From contig JAGBAS010000022.1 of the NCBI GenBank assembly GCA_017938885.1, positions 62,144 through 126,143 of the forward strand: a stretch of 64,000 nucleotides of DNA. Direction: 5' to 3'. Positions 47,322-55,016 of this stretch are shown one piece after another (position 1 is the stretch's first letter; each line of letters starts with the position of its first letter). A model generated the notes under the pieces. That model made no database searches. It was not told where the DNA came from and worked only from the letters and a program-made list of their open reading frames with translations. Source of the stretch: Clostridia bacterium (GTDB lineage Bacteria > Bacillota > Clostridia > Oscillospirales > CAG-272). A program made the position numbers and the translations under genes.

Positions 47322-47952
47322 GTATTTCTGGTACGATTTTGTCAAGATCACAGGGGCGATCCCGGTCCTGCTGTGGATAAGGCCCAAGGTGATTCATATA
47401 GGTCAAAAATGTCCCAAAGGAGGTGTTCTGATCTCCTCGAATCATCCGTCGTTGCGCGATCCCATCATTCTGTTGACGGCCTTTCCATGGAGACGCCTTC
47501 ATAGCCTGGCCACCAAGGATCTTTATAAGAACCGCATGCTGTCCTTCATGTTTAATCAAATGCATTGCATCATGGTGGACAAAGAGAATTTCAATATGTC
47601 CACGTTTCACAGCGTAGTGGATCGGCTGACCGAGAAAAAGGCGGTTCTCATCTTTCCTGAGGGGCAGGTGAACCAGGGTGATACCCGTGAAGTAAACGCC
47701 TTCAAATCCGGCGTGATCCTCATGGCGCACAGAGCCAATGCCCCCATCCTGCCCGTGTACATCGTCCGACGGGAAAAGTGGTATCACACCCAAGACGTCG
47801 TCATCGGAGAGCCCTTCGACGCCAAAGCAGCCGTAGGACCCATTCCTACCATGGAGCAGGTTGACCGAGTCTGCGCCGAGCTGCGGGAGAAAGAACTGGA
47901 GCTGAAGCGTTTTTATGAAGAAAAGTATGCCTCACAAAGGAGAAGCACATGA
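47263..47952 (+). CDS. PlsC-type acyltransferase (paralog of the previous gene)
   Basis: 229 aa from TTG 47263 (GAGAGG lies 8 nt upstream). Alternative ATG at 47290. HX4D motif SNHPSLRD, FPEGQV, PILPVYI. Overlaps the previous CDS by 32-59 nt. Confidence 0.7.
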   Translation: MNSKNSSKPMSPRKKITIGKYFWYDFVKITGAIPVLLWIRPKVIHIGQKCPKGGVLISSNHPSLRDPIILLTAFPWRRLHSLATKDLYKNRMLSFMFNQMHCIMVDKENFNMSTFHSVVDRLTEKKAVLIFPEGQVNQGDTREVNAFKSGVILMAHRANAPILPVYIVRREKWYHTQDVVIGEPFDAKAAVGPIPTMEQVDRVCAELREKELELKRFYEEKYASQRRST

Positions 47953-49457
47953 GTAACGAGATCTTTCGCAAGTACACAGATAACGAGACGTTTGAGAAAA
48001 TCGTTGACTATGCAAGCGTCACTGAAATGTGGACTCATACAGTGAATACCTACCCGGATACTCCCGCCATTGTAGATAACGGCAAAACCTACACCTACGC
48101 CGAGCTGGACACCATGGTTGCCGCCTTCCGAGGCAAGCTGAACGAAGCCGGCATAACACCCGGATCCCCGGTAGGCATCCTCTGCCCCAATTCCATCGAG
48201 TTTGTCAAAGCATTCCTTGCCTGCGCAACCTACGGCGTCCCCTCCGTCCTAATGCCCGCCCATCTGGACGATAAGACCGTGTTCGGTATGTCCATGATGT
48301 TCGGTATGACGGCTGTCATCTATCACGATTCTCTTTCCGAAAAGGTTTCGCTCATCCCTCAGATGGGTAAGGCTGCGCTCGTTCCCGCTGAGGCATCTTC
48401 GGACAGAGCTGTCCCCGCCGTTTCGGTTTCGGGAGATACCCTGTGCACCGTTCTGTTCACGGGCGGCACCACAGGCAAGTCCAAGGGGGCCAAGCTCTCT
48501 CACAGAGCCGTCATGGCTGGCACTAAGAATGGCTGTTACGGGATCAAGAGCATTTTCGGCGACCGTTATCTCCTCGTTTTGCCCCTCACCCACGTTTTCG
48601 GTCTCATCCGTAATCTCATGACTTCCCTTTACACGGGCAGTACCCTGATGATCTGCCGAAATAATAAAGATATGTTCCGTGACGCGGCCATTTTTAAGCC
48701 CACCATCATGGTTCTCGTCCCCGCCTTGGCCGAGATGGCTCTGGGACTTTCCAAGCAGTTCGGCCGCAATATGCTGGGTAACGAGCTCAAGACCATCATT
48801 TGCGGTGCCGCCCCCGTTCCGCCCTATCTTGTACGCGAGTACGCGGCGTTGGGTATAACCCTCCTGCCCGGGTACGGCCTTACCGAGTCGGCTAACCTGG
48901 TCAGTGGGAACCCCGAAGCTCTTCGTAAACCGGAATCTGTGGGCTACATATACGACGGCATGGAGTACAAGCTGGCAGACGGCGAGCTTTGGCTCAAAGG
49001 AATCAACATGATGGATGGTTACGTCGGAGGAGAAAACGAGACCGCCTATGAGGACGGCTGGTTCAAGACCGGCGACCTGGCCCGTATCGACGAGGAGGGA
49101 TTCCTCTACATCACGGGGCGTACCAAGGAAATCATCGTCCTTTCAAGCGGGGAGAACGTCTCTCCTGCCGAGCTGGAGGTCAAGTTTTACGGCATCGACG
49201 CGGTACAGGACTGCGTGGTCTATGATCGCACCGAGAACGGCACGCAGATTTTGGTGCTGGAGATTCTGCCCCGTATGTCTACCGTCAAGGCCTTGGGCAT
49301 TGACGACGTCGAAGCATATCTCCGCGAGGAGATCCGCAGGATCAACGAGACCCTGCCAGGCTTTGAGCGTATTCAGAAGATTGTTCTCCGAGATACCGAC
49401 TTCCCTCGTACCCCCGCCATGAAGATCGACAGAAAGAAAGCGAGTAACCCGCAATGA
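47949..49457 (+). CDS. long-chain fatty-acid CoA/ACP ligase (adenylate-forming)
   Basis: 502 aa. FTGGTTGKSKGAKLSH P-loop, LPLTHVFGL, GYGLTES, FKTGDLARIDEEGFLYITGRTKE. ATGA overlap upstream. Confidence 0.85.
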   Translation: MSNEIFRKYTDNETFEKIVDYASVTEMWTHTVNTYPDTPAIVDNGKTYTYAELDTMVAAFRGKLNEAGITPGSPVGILCPNSIEFVKAFLACATYGVPSVLMPAHLDDKTVFGMSMMFGMTAVIYHDSLSEKVSLIPQMGKAALVPAEASSDRAVPAVSVSGDTLCTVLFTGGTTGKSKGAKLSHRAVMAGTKNGCYGIKSIFGDRYLLVLPLTHVFGLIRNLMTSLYTGSTLMICRNNKDMFRDAAIFKPTIMVLVPALAEMALGLSKQFGRNMLGNELKTIICGAAPVPPYLVREYAALGITLLPGYGLTESANLVSGNPEALRKPESVGYIYDGMEYKLADGELWLKGINMMDGYVGGENETAYEDGWFKTGDLARIDEEGFLYITGRTKEIIVLSSGENVSPAELEVKFYGIDAVQDCVVYDRTENGTQILVLEILPRMSTVKALGIDDVEAYLREEIRRINETLPGFERIQKIVLRDTDFPRTPAMKIDRKKASNPQ

Positions 49458-49708
49458 ACAGACAAGAGATCAAAATCAAGCTCTGCGAGATCATGAAGCT
49501 AGCTATGCCTTCCTTGGAGCTGAACGACGATACCCTCAATGAAAATGCCGGACTTGCCACCGATCTGGGACTTTCCTCAGTGGGTGTTTTGTATGTGGTC
49601 ATCGGCATTGAAGAAATGTTCGGCATCCGCTTTGACGACGTCGGATTTTCCGACTTTGAAACCCTGGGAGACGTCATAACCTACATTGAAAAGAAGGTAA
49701 ACGCATGA
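49454..49708 (+). CDS. acyl carrier protein
   Basis: 84 aa. Phosphopantetheine-site-like DLGLSSVGVL. ATGA overlaps on both sides. Confidence 0.75.
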   Translation: MNRQEIKIKLCEIMKLAMPSLELNDDTLNENAGLATDLGLSSVGVLYVVIGIEEMFGIRFDDVGFSDFETLGDVITYIEKKVNA

Positions 49709-50124
49709 AATGGATCCTCGGCGAACCCCAAAGCGGGGATATGATCCGTGTTCAGTCGGGCACCATTTACCACTACGGCATTTACGTGTCGGATGACGAG
49801 GTTATACAGTTCGGTCTCGCTCCCAACGCCCGTCCAACGGTCAAGGATGCAGATATTGAAGTTCTGGCTACCGATATTGACGTTTTCCTCGCTGGCCGGT
49901 TCCTGGAGGTAGCTGAGTTCGACCGCAAGGAGAAAAAGGTAAATCGTTCCTCCGACGAAGTGATCTCTATCGCCCGCGCTCGCATGGGTGAGCGCGGCTA
50001 CCACATCCTTTACAATAACTGCGAGCATTTCGCTTACGAATGCGTAACGGGGAAACACTACTCCGAGCAGGTGGATGGGGTGAGGGAGATATTCAAGGGA
50101 TTGTTTGGAAAAAAGAAAGAATAG
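49705..50124 (+). CDS. LRAT/PLAAT (H-RAS-like suppressor) family Cys-His acyltransferase/phospholipase, NlpC/P60 superfamily
   Basis: 139 aa. GDMIRVQSGTIYHYGIYVSDDEVIQFG (His box) and the hallmark NCEHFAYECVTG (catalytic Cys). Confidence 0.8.
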   Translation: MKWILGEPQSGDMIRVQSGTIYHYGIYVSDDEVIQFGLAPNARPTVKDADIEVLATDIDVFLAGRFLEVAEFDRKEKKVNRSSDEVISIARARMGERGYHILYNNCEHFAYECVTGKHYSEQVDGVREIFKGLFGKKKE

Positions 50125-50140
50125 AATATTCAACGATATA

Positions 50141-50166
50141 GCCGCCCTCACGCGAGGGCGGCTTTT
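50141..50166 (+). terminator. rho-independent terminator of the acyl-transfer cassette
   Basis: GCCGCCCTC-ACGC-GAGGGCGGC followed by TTTTCAAG. Confidence 0.85.
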
Positions 50167-50175
50167 CAAGTTGCG

Positions 50176-50745
50176 TTATTCGACTTTCATGTCAAAGAAG
50201 CGGCAGGGACCCTCGCACCCGGTGATTCCGAGGTAGAAGGACGGGAACAGATCCTCTGTCCTCAAGGACAGCTTCATACCGTCTAGGTCTATATCTATAT
50301 ACTCCTTAGACGGCGTCACCGAAAGTGTGTGGATCTCCCCCTCGGTGACGGGGAACTCTACCCCGAGCCGCTTGTGCCAGGTCACGGAACCATCCTCCAA
50401 ACGCCACAGACGCCAGACGTTGATGCCGTGCTTATACAGCACCACTTCAAAGTAGTTCCCGTAGCGGTAGCATCCGTCCTCGCACAGCTCCAGATCCTCG
50501 GAGAAGATGAGCAGAGGCGCGGCCATGCCTGAAAAGGAGCATCGGGTGGTGACCGTGGTACCGAGAGGGAAGGACTGCCTCGTCATAAGGGACAGGTAAT
50601 CGTATCCGTCGGGCATGGCGGGATTTTCAGGGTTCTCGATGCAGTCGGGGAGCTGGGTGAATCGGTTGGTATAGGGAAAGCGGTGGGTGTAGGCGTGGGT
50701 GAGGGCAGACTCATCCCAGGCATCCTTTTGAAATCTGAATAGCAT
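50176..50745 (-). CDS. hypothetical protein
   Basis: Start set at ATG 50745 (MLFRFQKDAWDE) after GAAAGGA and downstream of the promoter at 50786-50814. No recognisable motif. Confidence 0.5.
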   Translation of the reverse strand: MLFRFQKDAWDESALTHAYTHRFPYTNRFTQLPDCIENPENPAMPDGYDYLSLMTRQSFPLGTTVTTRCSFSGMAAPLLIFSEDLELCEDGCYRYGNYFEVVLYKHGINVWRLWRLEDGSVTWHKRLGVEFPVTEGEIHTLSVTPSKEYIDIDLDGMKLSLRTEDLFPSFYLGITGCEGPCRFFDMKVE

Positions 50746-50785
50746 GATACGTCCTTTCTCGCGGGTCCGCAGTGGGCTTTTATCC

Positions 50786-50814
50786 ATTATATCATAAAAG
50801 CGGCGAGATTGCAA
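50786..50814 (-). promoter_or_regulatory. sigma-A type promoter
   Basis: Minus strand reads CTTGCAA, 17 nt, (TGA)TATAAT. Confidence 0.65.
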
Positions 50815-50835
50815 GAAGAAAGTGATGATCCCCAT

Positions 50836-50863
50836 AAGAAAAAGCCGCCCACGGTGGGACGGC
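50836..50863 (-). terminator. rho-independent terminator of the sigma-1 operon
   Basis: GCCGTCCCA-CCG-TGGGCGGC with one bulge, followed by TTTTTCTTAT on the minus strand. Confidence 0.65.
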
Positions 50864-50871
50864 GGATCCTG

Positions 50872-51408
50872 TTATTTTTCCGTAGAGAACGCATAGTAGA
50901 CGGTCCCGCCATAGGGCTTTTCGGGATGATCCCATCTTGCGATAACCTCATAGAGGAAATTCCCCGACTTGACCTCGATGGAGCCGCTCTTAACGGGGAT
51001 CTCCTCGTATGCGTCATAGTCGGACCTTTTCAATCTGTACCTTCGTACGATGACGGTAGTCGGCGGCTCGATGAAGCTGAAGGTGAGGGTACCTCTTTTT
51101 GCCATTTTGAGGGAAGGGATCGCATCCGTGCAGTCCAGCGGGTGCATAGTGTCGGTGTTGATCCCCGAGCCCGTGCCGTCATCATTCTCCAACAGCCAGG
51201 AACAGGTGCCCCGCCACGCTGTGACGGTTGCGGTTCCGTCGCTGACCTGTAGATTGGGCGGCTCTGCGGGAAAATTGGATGCAAGATCAATCACGGTCCA
51301 TCCCTGGGCCGCTGGGATCTCGTTTTTTCCTGCTTCGGGCATGGCACACCCCGAAAAGACGGCAAAACAGACCGAAAGAAATATCAGAATGAGCAGATGC
51401 TGTTTCAT
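50872..51408 (-). CDS. lipoprotein, unknown function
   Basis: Start set at ATG 51408 after AGGAGG (MKQHLLILIFLSVCFAVFSGC, lipobox). Confidence 0.65.
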   Translation of the reverse strand: MKQHLLILIFLSVCFAVFSGCAMPEAGKNEIPAAQGWTVIDLASNFPAEPPNLQVSDGTATVTAWRGTCSWLLENDDGTGSGINTDTMHPLDCTDAIPSLKMAKRGTLTFSFIEPPTTVIVRRYRLKRSDYDAYEEIPVKSGSIEVKSGNFLYEVIARWDHPEKPYGGTVYYAFSTEK

Positions 51409-51806
51409 ATGGGGTCCTCCTTTTTGAGTGAAATGATGCAAGTAAACAACAAGAGCACGGAAATGGCAACGCCTACAGGCGAATAGCATCCTGTGAACAT
51501 AGGCAGCAACGAGAACAAAAGGGTCAGGACTGACACTACGCGAAGGGCAATTTGGACAGCGAGGTCTTCAAGGAAGACTGAAATGACGGCGAAGACCGCC
51601 AGTATGCAGGTCGATACCGCTGTCAGCAATGGCCCGATATGCCCGTACCCGTACACGATGAGATCGAAATAGGAGTAATAATACACGAGGGCATGCTCGG
51701 GGGATATATGAGCGAATTTCAGGACAGCCCCGTAGGGTATAATCTCCAGTATCAGGATCATGACCGTGATCGCCAACAAAACGAAAGGTCTTTTCCGCTT
51801 GCCCAT
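51405..51806 (-). CDS. integral membrane protein, unknown function
   Basis: 133 aa with 4 hydrophobic helices. 4-nt overlap with the downstream lipoprotein gene. Confidence 0.55.
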   Translation of the reverse strand: MGKRKRPFVLLAITVMILILEIIPYGAVLKFAHISPEHALVYYYSYFDLIVYGYGHIGPLLTAVSTCILAVFAVISVFLEDLAVQIALRVVSVLTLLFSLLPMFTGCYSPVGVAISVLLLFTCIISLKKEDPI

Positions 51807-51809
51807 AGC

Positions 51810-52478
51810 TTACCCCCCAAGCCCATCCAGCACCATCCCGATATAGGTGTCCAGGGTATGGTCCTCTCCTCCCGAGATCACGTCGATGACGTATAGGTCC
51901 CCGCCATACAGGAACTTGGCCTGCCCGTGGGTAGCCCCGTCAAAGATCATGGAGTAGTGGACCGTGACGCCCCCCACCTCTTGGGTCAGCCCCTGCTCCT
52001 CATATCCGCCGATATAGCTGTCCTCCACGCTGTCCTTGTTGAAGATTACGTAGTAATGGACGGTATCGGAGGTATCCCCATTGGGATAGGTGGTGCGAAT
52101 GAGCAGCTGTAGCGGCTCTTCAAGGTCAGCCTGGGCGCTGTCGGGGGCGTCGTAGGAGGCAAAGGAGATCGCGATGCTGCTTTTGGTCGCCTTTTCAAGA
52201 TCCAGACCCGCATACAGGGTATCATACCCCAATACCTCGTGAACGTCCTCCAGAGATTCAAAGGAATTGGAAACGGGCGCGTCACTGTGAGAACCGCCGA
52301 ACAGGGCGTCCCAAAGTGGCACGATGCAGACGGCCAGAACCAGGCAAGCCGTCGCGAGGGAGGTACACTTGATCCATGCTTTGGTCTTCTTCCGCCGCGG
52401 TATCCCGTCGGGGGCGGCACGCGCGATCAGCTCGGGGTCGATTCCCCCGAGGCTTCGGTAGATATCCATGCTCGTCAT
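51810..52478 (-). CDS. single-pass membrane protein, putative anti-sigma factor partner
   Basis: 222 aa. Short cytoplasmic N-terminus (LGGIDPELIARA), a basic stretch, one TM helix and an extracytoplasmic domain. 4-nt overlap with the sigma gene. Confidence 0.5.
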   Translation of the reverse strand: MTSMDIYRSLGGIDPELIARAAPDGIPRRKKTKAWIKCTSLATACLVLAVCIVPLWDALFGGSHSDAPVSNSFESLEDVHEVLGYDTLYAGLDLEKATKSSIAISFASYDAPDSAQADLEEPLQLLIRTTYPNGDTSDTVHYYVIFNKDSVEDSYIGGYEEQGLTQEVGGVTVHYSMIFDGATHGQAKFLYGGDLYVIDVISGGEDHTLDTYIGMVLDGLGG

Positions 52479-53032
52479 AGGTCGAAGCCCTCCTTTTTTA
52501 AATGCGCCTTCAGCTTTTTTCGGGTTCGGTGCAGAAGGACGGTGACGCTGTTCTCCCGCATCCCGTACCCCTCCGCGATCTCGGCCACGGAGCAGGAATA
52601 CCAGTACCGTTGCAGGAAAATGATCTGGGTTTTAGCGGGCAGGGAACGAACAAACCGCCCCAAAGCGTCCCGCAAAGCGACGCTCTCGCCGATATCCGCC
52701 CCGCTGTCGCCGTCGGGGATGCACTCGGCCAGCTCCTCCAGAACAAGGGGGACCTGCCCGCCCCGCTTTTGGGTGTGGTATTCCTCATAGCGGTCAAGGG
52801 AAAGGTGACGGCAGATCATACCGACGTAGGGCTTGAGAGGATCGGGACGGTTGGGGGGGATGGTGTTCCAGGTCTTGAGGTAAGTGTCGTTGACGATCTC
52901 TTTGGCGTCCTCGTGGTCTTCGAGGATGCGGTACGCTATGGAATGGCAGTACCGACCGTACTTTTTGTCGGTCTCGTCGATAGCAGACTCCGAGCGCGCG
53001 AAATACAGATCCACGATCTGCTGATCTTCCAT
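52475..53032 (-). CDS. RNA polymerase sigma-70 family (ECF-like) factor, sigma-1
   Basis: 185 aa. Region 2-like EDAKEIVNDTYLKTWNTIP and region 4 HTH VAEIAEGYGMRENSVTVLLHRTRKKLK. Paralog of the genes at 56045-56635 and 57479-58039. Confidence 0.8.
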   Translation of the reverse strand: MEDQQIVDLYFARSESAIDETDKKYGRYCHSIAYRILEDHEDAKEIVNDTYLKTWNTIPPNRPDPLKPYVGMICRHLSLDRYEEYHTQKRGGQVPLVLEELAECIPDGDSGADIGESVALRDALGRFVRSLPAKTQIIFLQRYWYSCSVAEIAEGYGMRENSVTVLLHRTRKKLKAHLKKEGFDL

Positions 53033-53159
53033 GATGGTTGCTCCTTTCGGGGGTTTTGTTGGTCCTTCACCCTAAATAACGGGGAAACGGTCTCCCGCAT
53101 TACACATTACAGAAAATTTTTTCAAATTATCCAGATCAGCGCGGTCAGGAACAGGATCG

Positions 53160-53194
53160 TACAGAAAAACGGCGAGAATAACCCCCGCCGTTTT
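53160..53194 (-). terminator. rho-independent terminator after the M42 peptidase gene
   Basis: AACGGCG-N11-CGCCGTT flanked by A- and T-runs. Confidence 0.65.
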
Positions 53195-53212
53195 CACGGT
53201 ATGATGAAAGAC

Positions 53213-54247
53213 TTACCCCTCCAGCACGTAGGAGAGCATGAGCTTCACCGTATTCTCGATACCGTCCATATGGGCTCGCTCCACCCCGTGGCTGGAGTAG
53301 ACCCCCATACCGAAGGCGGCGGCGCGGACATTGTTGCCTCCCTTGACAGCCTGGCTAGCGTCCGAGCCGTAGCGGTAGAAGAGATCCACCGCGTAGCCGC
53401 ATCCGGTCCGCTCGGCGGCGGCGATGAGACGGTTGGTGAGACTGTAATCGTAGGGCATGGAGGCGTCCTTAGCGCAGATGGTGACGGTCTGCTCCGAGCC
53501 GTCGGAGTCGGGCCCCAGGATGGCGATATCCACCGCCACATACTCCGAGATCTCGGCGGGCACGTAGATCCCGCCCAGCCCGATCTCCTCGTAGAAGGAG
53601 AAGGCGAAAACGGTATTGTATTTCGGCTTCAAGCCATTCTCGGCCATATACTTCAGGGCGGCGAAGGAGCAGGCCATGGCGGCCTTATCGTCGATGAAGC
53701 GGCATTTGATGTAGCCGTTGTCGGTCACCGTAAAGCGGGGCACGATGGCCACGTAGTCCCCGTTGCGGATCCCCAGCGCGCGGACAGCCTCGGCGGTCTT
53801 GACGGGCTGATCCAGCAGGACGAACACCGTATTCTCATTGCGCTCCATGGTCCTGGCATCGTCAAAGGCGTGAGACGAGTGGTGGGCGCAGACCAGCATC
53901 CCCGTGAAGGTCTTGCCCACACGGGTGTGGACAGTGACGTTCTCCCCCTCCACATTGGCGAAGTTGATGCCGCCCATCGCCCGAAGCCGCAGAGTGCCGT
54001 CGGGGTTGATCCCCCGCACCATGAAGCCCAGAGTATCGGCGTGAGCGCTGACACAGACGGTCTTGGAGGTGTCGTGGCCCTCCACCGTGATGTAGGCGGT
54101 GTCGCGGTTGTCGTAGGTGACGGTGTAGCCCAGCTCGGCGGCAAAGGACTCGATGACGGGCTTGATGGCGTCGTAGTAGCCCACGGGGCTGGGGGTGTCG
54201 ATGAGGCGGCGCATGGTGGATAGCAGGTAGGGAAGGTCGATGTTCAT
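53213..54247 (-). CDS. M42 family metallopeptidase (glutamyl aminopeptidase/FrvX-like)
   Basis: 344 aa. VSAHADTLGFMVRGINPDGTLRLRAMGG plus downstream metal-ligand-type D/E/H positions. AAAGGAGAA RBS. Confidence 0.75.
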   Translation of the reverse strand: MNIDLPYLLSTMRRLIDTPSPVGYYDAIKPVIESFAAELGYTVTYDNRDTAYITVEGHDTSKTVCVSAHADTLGFMVRGINPDGTLRLRAMGGINFANVEGENVTVHTRVGKTFTGMLVCAHHSSHAFDDARTMERNENTVFVLLDQPVKTAEAVRALGIRNGDYVAIVPRFTVTDNGYIKCRFIDDKAAMACSFAALKYMAENGLKPKYNTVFAFSFYEEIGLGGIYVPAEISEYVAVDIAILGPDSDGSEQTVTICAKDASMPYDYSLTNRLIAAAERTGCGYAVDLFYRYGSDASQAVKGGNNVRAAAFGMGVYSSHGVERAHMDGIENTVKLMLSYVLEG

Positions 54248-54282
54248 ACAGGTTTCTCCTTTGAGTCTTGTATAAAGAGCAA

Positions 54283-54309
54283 CATGACCGTCTCGGAGAA
54301 ACGGTCATG
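54283..54309 (-). promoter_or_regulatory. terminator-like hairpin in the leader of the M42 peptidase gene
   Basis: 9-bp perfect stem CATGACCGT / ACGGTCATG. On the minus strand it is followed by TTGCTCTTTATAC, then the RBS. Confidence 0.45.
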
Positions 54310-54444
54310 CTGATGGGTGTATGTTGGGATTACTCCCACTCGCTTAAATTAACATTATAATGAGTGAATTTAGGTCTTTTCGCGCGGTTTTTCGGGGGAT
54401 TTGTCCGCCTTTTTCTGCTTCGTCTATGGAGTCTGCGAAAAAAC

Positions 54445-54470
54445 GGTATCAAATTGGTATCACTGATACC
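54445..54470. repeat. GGTATCA-N4-GGTATCA direct repeat plus an inverted third copy
   Basis: GGTATCA AATT GGTATCA C TGATACC. The same phased direct repeat (11-bp start-to-start spacing) occurs at 58252-58269. Confidence 0.7.
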
Positions 54471-54501
54471 ACCCGGACAACACGGCTTTTTTACATTATT
54501 C

Positions 54502-54530
54502 ATTATAACATAAAAGCAGAATAAATACAA
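54502..54530 (-). promoter_or_regulatory. sigma-A type promoter about 250 nt upstream of the M42 peptidase gene
   Basis: Minus strand reads AAACCTCTTGTAT, 17 nt, (TGT)TATAAT. Confidence 0.55.
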
Positions 54531-54582
54531 GAGGTTTGCAGAGTTTTTTTATAAGTTTACAGTATGGCTAAAATATTGAAAG

Positions 54583-54604
54583 GCGGTACCTGATCAGGTG
54601 TCGC
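54583..54604 (-). terminator. candidate terminator after the sigma-2 operon
   Basis: Imperfect hairpin around the palindrome ACCTGATCAGGT, followed by CTTTCAATATTTT on the minus strand. Confidence 0.4.
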
Positions 54605-54647
54605 ATTTCCTTGTGGTAGTCGTCGAATGATCGGCGGCTTGTATAAT

Positions 54648-55013
54648 TTATTTTGCATTTAATGATTGTTGCAAACTATTGTTGATTGCAATGCGGTCTG
54701 CTTCATTGGCTACTATATATCGTTGATTTTCTTCGTCTGTAAATGTCCCCGTTTCAGAACAATATAGTATTTCTTTGTTATTGATTGTCAGTTTGTAATC
54801 ATTACTGACTTTTGCGGTATCGTTTGTTATCCATTTGTTACTGTTCAGTAGCTCCATTATCAAATCATTTTCATAATCAAGCATAATTTGTGATGTTTCA
54901 CCGACAACATAATACTCAATTGTAATGGGCGCAGAAAACTCGTCATTACTGCAACCAACAAATGCGGATAAACAAATTGCAACTAAAAGTATTGTCAAAA
55001 ATATTCGTTTCAT
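54648..55013 (-). CDS. small lipoprotein, unknown function
   Basis: 121 aa (MKRIFLTILLVAICLSAFVGC, lipobox). Low-GC coding sequence. Confidence 0.6.
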   Translation of the reverse strand: MKRIFLTILLVAICLSAFVGCSNDEFSAPITIEYYVVGETSQIMLDYENDLIMELLNSNKWITNDTAKVSNDYKLTINNKEILYCSETGTFTDEENQRYIVANEADRIAINNSLQQSLNAK

Positions 55014-55016
55014 AAT

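Noticed and set aside
54330-54345. TTACTCCCACTC (encoding ...SEWE-stop on the minus strand) resembles the guaA-like gene end TTATTCCCACTC (...IEWE-stop) at 58329-58340. This could be a duplicated target site (att remnant) of an element inserted at the guaA 3-prime end.
   Set aside because: Only about 11 of 12 nt match, which is well within chance for 64 kb. No integrase or recombinase is present, and the similarity does not extend further. I mention it only as something to re-examine if comparative genomes show an empty site.
54330-54530. 66-aa highly basic ORF (minus strand) in the M42 leader. Also small ORFs at 61530-61715 and 61889-62071.
   Set aside because: No RBS is present. They overlap promoter, repeat or terminator sequence, and their composition is driven by the underlying structured DNA. 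They are probably non-coding.
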